From: Pseudobdellovibrionaceae bacterium
GTDB taxonomy: Bacteria; Bdellovibrionota; Bdellovibrionia; Bdellovibrionales; Bdellovibrionaceae
NCBI GenBank assembly: GCA_044237745.1
Contig: JBIIER010000016.1
Location: 1,053 to 65,052, forward strand
DNA length: 64,000 bases
Direction of reading: 5' to 3'
Shown: one piece after another, positions 26,746-36,239 of the stretch
Layout: each line of letters opens with the position of its first letter
Position numbering within the stretch: position 1 is the first letter of the stretch
Notes under the pieces: model-generated
The model's database searches: none
Seen by the model: only the letters and a program-made list of their open reading frames with translations
What the model was told of the DNA's origin: nothing
Program-made: the position numbers and the translations under genes

Positions 26746-27792
26746 TTAGATCCCAACTTTTTTCATCATTTGATCTAAATCATCTAGATCAGGGCTTGTT
26801 AAAAAAGCTGTTTTAATTTCAATTCTTCGTTTCATCACTAAATTTAACAAAGATTGATTCATCGTCGTCATTCCGTATTTTTCTTGTCCTTCACGAATGA
26901 TTTTTTGAAAATCATTCCATTTTTCTTCTTTAATGGCTTGTTGAATCCACTGATTGCCCACAACCACTTCTTGAACAAGTTGCTCGCCTTCTCCCATTGC
27001 AGCCACTAGCCTTTGATTCACTCCACCAATAAAAACTTGTGAGAGTTCATCAGCTCGTTGCGCTCGTTGTGAGTTCTCAAATTGATTTAAAATGTATTTT
27101 AAACTTTGCAAAATAGAAGTCGCAGGAAGCACTAAAAATACCATCTTACCTTGAAGAGCCCAATCTAAAGCTTGCTTGACTCTATGTGAACCTTCATCAA
27201 GAGCAATAATTTGACTATTTGAAATCGAAAATGGAGTCTCAGTGGGCATTTTTTCGATTTCTCTTTTTGAACAAGTTGAGTTTCCGGCTTTAAAATCGAA
27301 TAAATCCCAATCTTGAAAAAGTGTTGCGTGAATATTTTTTTTATTCATTGCTTTTTGAATTAATGAAGCCAGTGTTGAAGACTTACCGGAGCGACTGACT
27401 CCTGAAATCAACATGAGGCCACCTGGTTTAAGAGCCATTTTTTCGCAAGCTTCTAAAATCCCAAGATCTTGAGGGTCCATGTTTTTTTCACTAAAAATTC
27501 TTAATTGTAATTGAATTTCGCCAAAACTTTCAGTGGCATTAAATAAAATTCTTTCGCCACTTTTTAAAAGATTTAAACCTTCGCAAGTGCCTTGATGTTC
27601 CCATCTCTTTTTTTGTTCTTCCGTGAGGAATGAAAACAAAATATTTTTAATTTCAGTAGATGTTAAAATAGAATCATCAAAAGAGGCCCATTCAGCACCC
27701 TTTAAAAAACGCAAGGAGTGACCACTTGCTGCCATCACATCAAATAATTTTTTTTTCTTAGAATAATCTATGATCAAATCCATCATTCTCAT
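26746..27792 (-). CDS. PilT-family ATPase paralog with degenerate catalytic motifs
   Basis: 348 aa, between pilB and pilC as pilT is in Myxococcus/Bdellovibrio-type clusters. Walker A is kept as GVSRSGKSS. The regions corresponding to the Asp box, Walker B (GEMRD) and His box (TLHT) read FQDWDLF, IIALDEGSH and LVLPATS. Confidence 0.6.
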   Translation of the reverse strand: MRMMDLIIDYSKKKKLFDVMAASGHSLRFLKGAEWASFDDSILTSTEIKNILFSFLTEEQKKRWEHQGTCEGLNLLKSGERILFNATESFGEIQLQLRIFSEKNMDPQDLGILEACEKMALKPGGLMLISGVSRSGKSSTLASLIQKAMNKKNIHATLFQDWDLFDFKAGNSTCSKREIEKMPTETPFSISNSQIIALDEGSHRVKQALDWALQGKMVFLVLPATSILQSLKYILNQFENSQRAQRADELSQVFIGGVNQRLVAAMGEGEQLVQEVVVGNQWIQQAIKEEKWNDFQKIIREGQEKYGMTTMNQSLLNLVMKRRIEIKTAFLTSPDLDDLDQMMKKVGI

Positions 27793-27794
27793 GA

Positions 27795-29492
27795 TTACAT
27801 ATCCTTTATGGAGGAATTTACAACCTCCTCAATAGTCGTTTCGCCACGTTTTAATTTCAGCAAAGCACTTCTTCTTAAAGTTCTCATTCCATGAGTTCTG
27901 CAAACTCTTCTGATTTCTGCGGCGGATCCACCTTTAAGCACAAGATCTTTTATCGGTTCAATCATTGGCATCACTTCGTAAATAGCCAATCGACCTTTGA
28001 CGCCCGTGTTGTTACAAATATTGCAACCCTTACCTTTAAAAATTTTGTATTCGGCGACTTCTTTAGGATCGACTCCTAAATTGATTAAAACTTCTGGTGT
28101 TACTTCGATGGGAATTTTACAAGAGTCACAGATTTTTCCGACAAGCCTTTGGGCCACTACAAGACTCAAACTCGAACCAATCACATAACCTGCAATGCCC
28201 ATCTCAATTAATCTCACCACAGTTTGCGGAGCATCGTTTGTATGGAGCGTGCTTAAAACTAAATGGCCTGTTGAGGCCGCTTTAAAAGAAACTTCAGCCG
28301 TTTCTAAATCACGAATCTCCCCCACCATCACGATATCTGGATCTTGACGAAGAAACGATCTCAGTGCCGCTGCAAAATCTAATTCAATATCAGAATGCAT
28401 TTGCACCTGATTAATCCCGTCTAAATTAAACTCCACCGGGTCTTCTGCTGTGCAAATATTGGTGTCTAATTTATTGAGTTCCGCGAGGGCTGAATAAATA
28501 GTGGTGGTTTTTCCAGATCCCGTGGGACCGGTAATAAGAACCATTCCTTGTGGTAAATTAATGGCATGTTTAAAAATTTTAAGATCATCTGGTTCAAATC
28601 CCAACTTAGTCATATCAAGTTGTAAATTAGATTTATCCAAAAGCCTCATCACCACTTTTTCGCCCCAAATAGTTGGAATGATACTCACCCTGAATGCCAT
28701 CTCTTGACCACGAGCTGTGGTGATTTTTATACGACCATCTTGAGGGCGACGTTTTTCTGCAATATCTAATTTAGCCATAATTTTAATACGACTGATAATT
28801 GCGGGAGCGACTTTATAAGGAGGATGAGTGGCTTCGATCAAGATCCCATCAATGCGGTATCTCACACGGAATTTTTTTTCGTATGATTCAAAGTGAATAT
28901 CAGAGGCTTTTCTTTTAATGGCTTCCACTAAAACGGAATTCACAAATTTAATGACGGGCTGCTCATCACTGTCGTCATCGTTCATGAGCTCAGAATTTTT
29001 GAGTGCTTCCTCGCCATCAGAATCTTCGTCTTCTGTTCTGGCCACATCTGAATTTTTAAGATTCACACCACCATAGATTTTTTCAAGAGAACCTAAAATA
29101 GAACTCTCTGGAGCCACTACAGGTTGAATTTTGCATTTAGTAATAAATCTTAAATCTTCTTTGACATAAAGATTCGAGGGATCAGAAAATGCGACCACTA
29201 ATGTTTGTCCCATTTTTTGAACCGGCACAAGAACATGCTTTTCGCAAAAATCACGAGGAATTAAGGGTTGAAGACTGGGATCAAAAGTAAACGCGTTAAG
29301 ATCAATACTTGGAACTTGATAATGTTTTTCAAGAGCCTCACGCATTTGAGGTTCACGCACTTTTCCTTGAGTGAGTAAAACCATACTGATAGGCACACCG
29401 GTACGGCCGTTTTCTTTAATTGCATCATTGAGTACTTCGGGCTTTATGTAGCCTTGAGTGACGAGAATTTCACCCAACTTTAATCCAGACAT
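27795..29492 (-). CDS. pilB: type IV pilus assembly ATPase PilB (GspE family)
   Basis: 565 aa with an N-terminal GSPII domain, Walker A GPTGSGKTT, MVGEIRD, LSTLHTNDA and a tetracysteine motif (CDSC...CNIC). Confidence 0.92.
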   Translation of the reverse strand: MSGLKLGEILVTQGYIKPEVLNDAIKENGRTGVPISMVLLTQGKVREPQMREALEKHYQVPSIDLNAFTFDPSLQPLIPRDFCEKHVLVPVQKMGQTLVVAFSDPSNLYVKEDLRFITKCKIQPVVAPESSILGSLEKIYGGVNLKNSDVARTEDEDSDGEEALKNSELMNDDDSDEQPVIKFVNSVLVEAIKRKASDIHFESYEKKFRVRYRIDGILIEATHPPYKVAPAIISRIKIMAKLDIAEKRRPQDGRIKITTARGQEMAFRVSIIPTIWGEKVVMRLLDKSNLQLDMTKLGFEPDDLKIFKHAINLPQGMVLITGPTGSGKTTTIYSALAELNKLDTNICTAEDPVEFNLDGINQVQMHSDIELDFAAALRSFLRQDPDIVMVGEIRDLETAEVSFKAASTGHLVLSTLHTNDAPQTVVRLIEMGIAGYVIGSSLSLVVAQRLVGKICDSCKIPIEVTPEVLINLGVDPKEVAEYKIFKGKGCNICNNTGVKGRLAIYEVMPMIEPIKDLVLKGGSAAEIRRVCRTHGMRTLRRSALLKLKRGETTIEEVVNSSIKDM

Positions 29493-29567
29493 AAGACCTT
29501 CCCTCCAAGGAAAGCTTTATCTTAACTTGAGTGTCAAATTTTGTAACTGAACTTTGGGCGAGAATTT

Positions 29568-30419
29568 CTAGGATTTTTTGATGAATTCCATCCAAGAATT
29601 AAAATACTCATCAGCAGAAATTTTTTTTTCAAAGAGATCTTCTAAAATTCTGGCATCCATCCAACCATAAATATCAACTGCCGCTAAAGTGGACATCCCC
29701 AAGTGCGCGGCTTCAACTAACAACTGAGGCTCAATCGGAAATAAATTAAAATCAATTATCAGTGCATTCTTTTTTGCAAAATTAAAATAATATAAATCGG
29801 TGAGCAGATCAGAATCCATGGCAGGACTGATGGTATTCACGACACATGAAGAATGAGCTTGTTCTAAAGTGATCTCACTGGGATCCAGAGTAGAAAACTT
29901 CACACTAAAATATTGCCTTTCCAGCTCTTTCACAAGCTTTTGTGCTTTTTCTATATCTCGACTGACAAAGACGATATTTGAAAATCCCAAACTAATCAGC
30001 ACAAAGGCGCTGAGTCTTACTAAAGCTCCATCTCCCACCATAAATGCAGAGGCTCGAGTTTCGAGTTGAGGGGATTTTAAAAAAATAAACTTTTTTAAAA
30101 CTTCTAATAAATAAATTCTGGGCCAAATTTGACCTTTACTTTTAATGATGGTGTCGGCCAAACCAACTCGTCTTACTATTTCAGGAAGTTTAAAATATTC
30201 AGCCGCACAGCTTTCCATGTGTTCTGGGGCTAACCACAGCCAATCAAATTGACTTTGATGTGCCGGAATTAATTCATTCCAATTGAGATCTTTTTCGAGA
30301 GTTGTTTTTTCAACCTTGATGCCTTTTTTTTGAAGAAACTCTTCAACATGTAGACTTCTTAATTTACTTTCGTTTTGTCCTATTTCTAAGAGTTTCAAAC
30401 TTGTCATAAAGAATTCCAT
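29568..30419 (-). CDS. shikimate/quinate dehydrogenase-like protein (divergent)
   Basis: 283 aa. Rossmann region FMVGDGALVRLSAFVLISLGFSNIVFVSRDIEKAQKL resembles the AroE NADP site. The N-terminal substrate-site motifs are not recognisable. Confidence 0.35.
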   Translation of the reverse strand: MEFFMTSLKLLEIGQNESKLRSLHVEEFLQKKGIKVEKTTLEKDLNWNELIPAHQSQFDWLWLAPEHMESCAAEYFKLPEIVRRVGLADTIIKSKGQIWPRIYLLEVLKKFIFLKSPQLETRASAFMVGDGALVRLSAFVLISLGFSNIVFVSRDIEKAQKLVKELERQYFSVKFSTLDPSEITLEQAHSSCVVNTISPAMDSDLLTDLYYFNFAKKNALIIDFNLFPIEPQLLVEAAHLGMSTLAAVDIYGWMDARILEDLFEKKISADEYFNSWMEFIKKS

Positions 30420-30439
30420 TTCCTTAAAGTACGAGTCAG

Positions 30440-31402
30440 TTATTTTAAAATGCTTTTAGCTAATTTTATATCTTCTTGTATCTGATTTTTTAATTCTTCT
30501 ATTCCTGAAAATTTTTTTTCATCTCGCAAAAATTGAATCAATTCCACTTTTAAAGTTTTACCGTAAATATCTTCTTTAAAGTCAAAAAGATGAGTTTCAA
30601 TTTTAGGTTCTGGAAGCTGATTCTCAAACGTTGGATTAAATCCCACACTTGTAACTCCCTTGATCACTTGTAGTTCTTGTTGAGTGACAGGATCTATCAA
30701 AATAGATCTTGTGGCAAACACTCCCGCTTTAGGAACAATTCCCATTTTGATTTTTAAATTAGCCGTTGGCACATTGATTGTGCGCCCTCTTTGCGCTCCC
30801 TTTATAACTTCTCCTTGAAGATAATAAGGTCGCCCCAAAAGTTGATGAGCTTTTTCAACGCTTCCTTGTAAAAGATATTTGCGAATCAATGAAGAAGAAA
30901 CAATCTCTCCCTCTAACTCAATGGCCGCAATCACATCAAAGGCTATATTTTTTTGCAAACACTCTTGATTTAAAACAGAAATATTACCAGCACGGTTTTT
31001 ACCAATCGCAAAATCATGACCCACAATCAAAGCCTGAGCTTTAAGTCCTTGCACAACCCATTGATCTATAAACTCAGCCGGACTTTTTTGTGAAAACTCT
31101 GAAGTAAATTTTTGTATCAGTAAAACATCCACACCCATCGCCTGGAGCTGGGCTATTTGATCTTCTTGATTAAAGAGTTTTTCGATTTTGGTATTTTGCA
31201 TAATCACAGTTCTAGGATGAGGATCAAAGGTCATCACAACAGCAAGCGCTCCTAGCTCCTTGCTTTTACGAACTGTCGCTTCAATCAACTTTTGGTGCCC
31301 CAGATGAAGACCATCAAAATTGCCGATGGTGACCACTGACTTTATGTCTTTACTTCCGTTCATCTGAACCGGAAAATCCCTTAAATTATCAATCACTTTC
31401 AT
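30440..31402 (-). CDS. ribF: bifunctional riboflavin kinase / FMN adenylyltransferase
   Basis: 320 aa. GNFDGLHLGHQKLI nucleotidyltransferase motif, C-terminal riboflavin-kinase block (GRTINVPTANL ... ETHLFDF). Confidence 0.92.
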   Translation of the reverse strand: MKVIDNLRDFPVQMNGSKDIKSVVTIGNFDGLHLGHQKLIEATVRKSKELGALAVVMTFDPHPRTVIMQNTKIEKLFNQEDQIAQLQAMGVDVLLIQKFTSEFSQKSPAEFIDQWVVQGLKAQALIVGHDFAIGKNRAGNISVLNQECLQKNIAFDVIAAIELEGEIVSSSLIRKYLLQGSVEKAHQLLGRPYYLQGEVIKGAQRGRTINVPTANLKIKMGIVPKAGVFATRSILIDPVTQQELQVIKGVTSVGFNPTFENQLPEPKIETHLFDFKEDIYGKTLKVELIQFLRDEKKFSGIEELKNQIQEDIKLAKSILK

Positions 31403-31523
31403 GATATAACCTTTGATTTATTCACTGAATAACTGAGACCACTCTCACAGCTTAATACGGAGACCCACTTTTTTAAATGCTTTTCGTTCAGAAAGAATTG
31501 ATTTTTTTGATTTTTTTGGTATT

Positions 31524-33395
31524 GTGCGATGCGTGAGTCATTCATATTTTTCCAATTTCAAAATTCGTTTTCTTCATAAGTTGCTCAAGCTCCAAAATTT
31601 TTTAGGGGCTTTGTGGGTTTATACTTATCGTCATCGCGGATTTTGGCTCAGATGTCTACTGTGTTGGGGAATTGGATGTTTTGCGCTCAGAAATGATGAA
31701 GTTTCTTCCTATGAGCCGCGCTTTCAACTCCGTGGACTCCAACAATCTTCAAAAGATATTATCCTCATTAATTTAAAACCCAGTGATTTTATCACCAACC
31801 AAAAATTTGATAACTTTGGAATGATGATGAGTCGTGATTTAGGGGAACTCACCGATAGCTTCTATTGGGACCCTAAATTATGGTCTGAATTGCTCATTAA
31901 ACTCCTGGAGAGCAACCCCAAATCCATCGGCATAAGTTTTTATTTTGGAGACTCCATGGGGCAATCAGAAGTTTTTAGAGACCCTCGAGTGGTATGGTCT
32001 GCTTTTTCTAATTACCTTGAAGAACCCCTCTTACAAAATGCGAATAACCCCAACGGCACCACGGTGGCAAATAGCGCCCTTTACAAAGAGGAAGACGGCA
32101 TCATACGTAAATTCCCCTTCTTTTCTACAGAGTTCAAACATTTAACTGAGCAAATCTCTGGCGTGGATTTTCCGAATCTTGATTATTCAATCAGTCGCAC
32201 GATCAACTATCGTGGAGGCCCCGACACTTTTTACTCGATCACTATCCAAGATGTTTTTTCAGACTCCCTCTCTAAAGATTTTTTTAAAGATAAAATCATT
32301 ATCATTGGACCAGAATCACATCCCGGCAACCCCCTTCTCACACCTTATGGATCCATGAATCGTTCAGAAATTTTAGCTAATATTGTCGACAATTTAACTG
32401 AGTCTCGATGGATTCATCGCTTAGATAATTACTGGTATTATGTGATTCTCTTTTTTATCATGCTTTTGGCCGTTTACTTAATCAGCCACTACCCTCAGGC
32501 CATCGCTTTTACGGGTCTGATTCTCCTCTCCACACTTTTGTCGGCCCTCTCAGTTTGGGTCTTTGACACCTATTACTTTTGGTTTCCAATTATTTCGCCC
32601 TTAGTGATGATTTTGTGTATTTGGGTGGTGTTGATTGGTTATCAGGCCACCACCATTGAAAGAAAAAACTGGGTTCTTCATCGCGAAAAAAAATACCTCG
32701 AAGAACTCGAACAGCTTAAAAATAACTTTATCAGCTTGATTTCTCATGACTTAAAAACTCCTATTGCTAAAATTCAAGCCATTGTGGATCGACTGACTAC
32801 GAATCCTAAAAATAATGAAATCATGGGAGACCTTCAGGCACTTCGACTCAGTGGCGAAGAACTGAACAAATACATTCAAAGCATTCTTAAACTTTTGCGC
32901 GTAGAATCTCGAGATTTTAAAATCATTAAAGAGGTTTCTGATATCAATGAAGTCATCGAAGATGTTCTTCAGCAACTGCGCCCACTGGCCGCCGAAAAAC
33001 AAATAGTTTTAGACACCTTTTTAGAACCCATGTTCTCTGTAGAATTTGATGCCACTTTGATTCGTGAGGTGATTTTAAATTTAATCGAAAATGCGATTAA
33101 ATACACTCCCACGACAGGAGTTGTTAAAATTGAGTCACGTGAAGTGGACAACCACATAGAAGTTGACATCACAGACAACGGCGAGGGAATAAAGCCAGAG
33201 GATTTAAAAAACATTTGGGGTAAATTTGTACGTGGCTCCAATCAAGATCTTAAATCTAAGGGTACGGGCCTTGGACTTTATTTAGTTAAATATTTTATCG
33301 AACTGCATGGTGGCCAAGTGAAATTAGAAAGTCAGTATGGAGTGGGAACTAAAGTGGGCTTTAATTTACCAATCGATTCTGAAGAATCCAATTAA
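31524..33395 (+). CDS. CHASE2-domain sensor histidine kinase
   Basis: 623 aa. N-terminal TM, a ~270-aa periplasmic region with CHASE2-like features, 3 TM segments, H-box SHDLKTPIAKI and HATPase (NAIKYT, DNGEGI, GTGLGLY). GTG start assumed. Confidence 0.7.
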   Translation: MRCVSHSYFSNFKIRFLHKLLKLQNFLGALWVYTYRHRGFWLRCLLCWGIGCFALRNDEVSSYEPRFQLRGLQQSSKDIILINLKPSDFITNQKFDNFGMMMSRDLGELTDSFYWDPKLWSELLIKLLESNPKSIGISFYFGDSMGQSEVFRDPRVVWSAFSNYLEEPLLQNANNPNGTTVANSALYKEEDGIIRKFPFFSTEFKHLTEQISGVDFPNLDYSISRTINYRGGPDTFYSITIQDVFSDSLSKDFFKDKIIIIGPESHPGNPLLTPYGSMNRSEILANIVDNLTESRWIHRLDNYWYYVILFFIMLLAVYLISHYPQAIAFTGLILLSTLLSALSVWVFDTYYFWFPIISPLVMILCIWVVLIGYQATTIERKNWVLHREKKYLEELEQLKNNFISLISHDLKTPIAKIQAIVDRLTTNPKNNEIMGDLQALRLSGEELNKYIQSILKLLRVESRDFKIIKEVSDINEVIEDVLQQLRPLAAEKQIVLDTFLEPMFSVEFDATLIREVILNLIENAIKYTPTTGVVKIESREVDNHIEVDITDNGEGIKPEDLKNIWGKFVRGSNQDLKSKGTGLGLYLVKYFIELHGGQVKLESQYGVGTKVGFNLPIDSEESN

Positions 33396-33406
33396 GGGAA
33401 TTGTAT

Positions 33407-34813
33407 ATGATGAATAATTTAAAAGTATTAATTGTGGATGATGAATCTGAACTGCGTAAATCGGTTTCATCCATTTTATTAAGCACCCTTCAGGATGTCG
33501 CATTTGTAATTGAAGAGGCTGAGAACGGCAAAGTGGCTTTTGAAAAAATCCAAGCTCAAGATTTTGATCTTGTCCTGATGGATGTTAAAATGCCTGAGTG
33601 GAATGGCATTGAAACTCTTGTGGCGATTAAAGAATATGATCCACGTATTTTTGTGGTTCTCATGACGGCTCATAGCAATGTTCAAGATGCCATTCTTGCG
33701 ATTAAAGAAGGCGCCTACGATTATTTTGAAAAACCTATTAATCCGCAAAAACTTGTTGAAGTGGTCAGAAAATGTCTTGAGGCCCGAGAAATGGTTTCTA
33801 ACCTCGCCCTCTCAAATCCTATTTTTGATGACGATGTGGAGAGTGAATTTGTAGGTGGCTCTTCTAAAATGAAAGAAGTTTTTAATCTCATCTACAAACT
33901 TTGCAAAGTCGACACCACAGTGATTGTTCGTGGTGAGAACGGAACAGGCAAAGAGCTTGTGGCTAAAGCGATTCACTTTAACTCTCCTCGCAAGAGTGGT
34001 TCTTTTGTGGCCATCAATTGCGGAGCCATCCCTGAAAATTTAATGGAGAGCGAACTCTTTGGTCACGAAAAGGGAGCTTTTACTGGTGCTATTGAACGCA
34101 AAATCGGAAAGTTTCAATTAGCTAATAACGGGACTCTCTTTTTAGATGAAATCGGCGAATTAAAACCCGATATGCAAGTGAAGCTCCTCAGAGTTCTTCA
34201 AGAAAAAAAGTTTGTTCCGGTTGGAAGTAATCGTGAGATTAAAACCAACACTCGCATTATCGCTGCGACTAATCGCAATCTTGAAAAAATGATTGAGGAC
34301 AATCAGTTTAGAGAAGATCTTTTTTATCGCCTCAATGTGATGCCGATTTATCTTCCACCACTCAGAGAAAGAGCCGATGATATTCCGGCTCTTGTTCAAT
34401 ATTTTATTCGCAAGTTTACAAAATTGCATGACAGCCCTATTCAAGGAGCCTCTCAGCAGTTTTTAGACTTGTTAAAAAAATATCGTTGGCCAGGAAACAT
34501 CCGTGAACTTGAAAACATCATTGAGCGAGCTTTTATTTTAGAATCCAACTCCATGATCACAGAAAAAAGTTTGCCCGATCTTATTTTAAATGTGGAACAA
34601 GAAGAGTCTGAAAAATCTGAAGCCGAAAGCAATTTGAGCGCCCTTGATTTTGATGTTTTTAAAGAACAGGCTGAAAAAGAATTTATCATCAGTGCTTTAA
34701 AAGCCAATAAAGGTAAAATCAATCAAACTGTGGCTCAGGCTAATATTCCTAAGAACACACTTTTAAGAAAAATTAAAAAATATAATATCCAAGTTAAAGA
34801 TTACATTTCGTAA
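33407..34813 (+). CDS. sigma-54-dependent response regulator (NtrC/AtoC family)
   Basis: Start set at the ATG at 33407 (AAGGGA SD). Receiver domain (VLIVDDE, MDVKMP), AAA+ domain (GENGTGKE, GAFTGA, ESELFGHEKG) and a C-terminal Fis-type HTH. Paired with the upstream kinase. Confidence 0.88.
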   Translation: MMNNLKVLIVDDESELRKSVSSILLSTLQDVAFVIEEAENGKVAFEKIQAQDFDLVLMDVKMPEWNGIETLVAIKEYDPRIFVVLMTAHSNVQDAILAIKEGAYDYFEKPINPQKLVEVVRKCLEAREMVSNLALSNPIFDDDVESEFVGGSSKMKEVFNLIYKLCKVDTTVIVRGENGTGKELVAKAIHFNSPRKSGSFVAINCGAIPENLMESELFGHEKGAFTGAIERKIGKFQLANNGTLFLDEIGELKPDMQVKLLRVLQEKKFVPVGSNREIKTNTRIIAATNRNLEKMIEDNQFREDLFYRLNVMPIYLPPLRERADDIPALVQYFIRKFTKLHDSPIQGASQQFLDLLKKYRWPGNIRELENIIERAFILESNSMITEKSLPDLILNVEQEESEKSEAESNLSALDFDVFKEQAEKEFIISALKANKGKINQTVAQANIPKNTLLRKIKKYNIQVKDYIS

Positions 34814-34824
34814 AAAAATTGGGA

Positions 34825-35427
34825 TTAGTTCTTAAATTGAGAATTGATAAAAAGAACTGTTTTAAGAACCAGTTGATGTTCAAGCTCATGAACTTTTTGT
34901 TCGGCCTCCTCGAGGCTCAGAGCATGAGCTTGATGATTCGCATTGGCTTGTATACAAGCTTCTTGAAAAAGAATCTCCCCTTCATCGAGCCCTTCTGTGA
35001 CCCAATGAACAGTGGCACCCATAGCGGCTCCATCTTGATAGCTTTTTTCAATGGATTTGAGTCCTGGATAAAGAGGCAAAAGACTCGGATGCAAGTTGAG
35101 CATTTTTTGAGTCCACTTTTGCACAAAACTGGGTGGAATGATTTTTAAAAAACCTAATAAAAAAATAAAATCTATTTTTAAATCTTGAAGCTGTTGAGTG
35201 AGTTGATTCCAATCAGCTTCTAAGATTTTAGGCGGTAACACTAATGTAGGGACACCGGCTTTTTGAGCACGTTCTAAACCAAATGCTTGAGCCTTGCTAG
35301 AAACCACAAGACCCACTTCAAAATCATTGTCTTGATGATCCAATAGAACTTGAAGATTGGAACCATTTCCAGAAATAAAAACAGCCCACTTGATTTTAGT
35401 TTTCAAACTCTTTGTGCTTAAATCCAC
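34825..35427 (-). CDS. purN: phosphoribosylglycinamide formyltransferase
   Basis: 200 aa with ISGNGSNLQ, LNLHPSLLPLYPG and HWVTEGLDEGEIL motifs. Confidence 0.9.
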   Translation of the reverse strand: MDLSTKSLKTKIKWAVFISGNGSNLQVLLDHQDNDFEVGLVVSSKAQAFGLERAQKAGVPTLVLPPKILEADWNQLTQQLQDLKIDFIFLLGFLKIIPPSFVQKWTQKMLNLHPSLLPLYPGLKSIEKSYQDGAAMGATVHWVTEGLDEGEILFQEACIQANANHQAHALSLEEAEQKVHELEHQLVLKTVLFINSQFKN

Positions 35428-35448
35428 TTCCCAACTCCTGAGTTCTGT

Positions 35449-36234
35449 TTAAACAAAAGAGTTGTTCATGATTTCGCCAAAACCACCCGCACCCGGAACA
35501 ATATAGTCTTTAGAGTTCAGACCTTTTTCTTGTTCCCAACGCTCACCTGGTGGAAGCTTTTGAATCTCTGCACTCGACATGCCACGATCCACTCTTAAAG
35601 CATAAATCACCACATCAGGATGATGAGTGATCACATTTTTTAAATACTCTGGAGTCACAATTAAATGCAAAGCGATGTATTTTTTAGCAGAGCCTTTAAG
35701 ATTCTTTTTATAATATTCAATCGTTGAAACTAAAGTATTGCCCGTGGCACCCATAGGGTCTGGAATAAAAACAAAAGACCCTTGCACATCACCACCAATT
35801 TTAGCTCCCCCAATTTGCGTGCCCGTTACTTGCTCTTGCGTATTGGTTAAACGAGAAGCAAAAATATGATCTTGGCGAATTTCAGAATAAGGCAGCACCC
35901 AATGCAATTGCTCATAGCAAATATGGCTCGGAAAAGTTCCCGCTCTTGCAAGGTTAATCACCACCGCTTTTTGATGAGGAGAGATTCTCTCCGTATGCAA
36001 CAGGGCTTCAGGATGTGATTCAGTCATTCGAGTGGGCAAATTGAGAGTTTCAATTTCAAGCTCGCGGCTCATCGCCCAATTCATGAGGTGAGTGTAAAGC
36101 AATTGGGTCATGGAATTGATTTGAGGTTGAAAGGTTTTAGGCGAACACAGTTGCGCTAAAACTCCTCTTAATAAAGGATCTTCAGAAATATGAACATTGT
36201 TACCGTATTTATGTTGGAGCGTTCTCATCATCAC
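35449..36234 (-). CDS. uracil phosphoribosyltransferase family protein (long form)
   Basis: 261 aa. PRPP-binding FIPDPMGATGNTL and C-terminal IVPGAGGFGEIMNN resemble Upp motifs. Longer than the canonical ~208 aa. Confidence 0.65.
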   Translation of the reverse strand: MMMRTLQHKYGNNVHISEDPLLRGVLAQLCSPKTFQPQINSMTQLLYTHLMNWAMSRELEIETLNLPTRMTESHPEALLHTERISPHQKAVVINLARAGTFPSHICYEQLHWVLPYSEIRQDHIFASRLTNTQEQVTGTQIGGAKIGGDVQGSFVFIPDPMGATGNTLVSTIEYYKKNLKGSAKKYIALHLIVTPEYLKNVITHHPDVVIYALRVDRGMSSAEIQKLPPGERWEQEKGLNSKDYIVPGAGGFGEIMNNSFV

Positions 36235-36239
36235 ACCTT

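Noticed and set aside
27891-28707. Antisense ORFs inside pilB (62-68 aa each)
   Set aside because: They are embedded in a strongly conserved GspE-family gene on the opposite strand and are presumed spurious.
29493-29567. TTGACA hexamer upstream of pilB as a sigma-70 -35 element
   Set aside because: No acceptable -10 hexamer lies at 16-19 nt spacing, and AT-rich intergenic DNA makes isolated hexamer hits uninformative.
34819-35148. 109-aa plus-strand ORF and 69-aa minus-strand ORF overlapping purN
   Set aside because: They lie inside or antisense to the well-supported purN CDS and have no independent signals.
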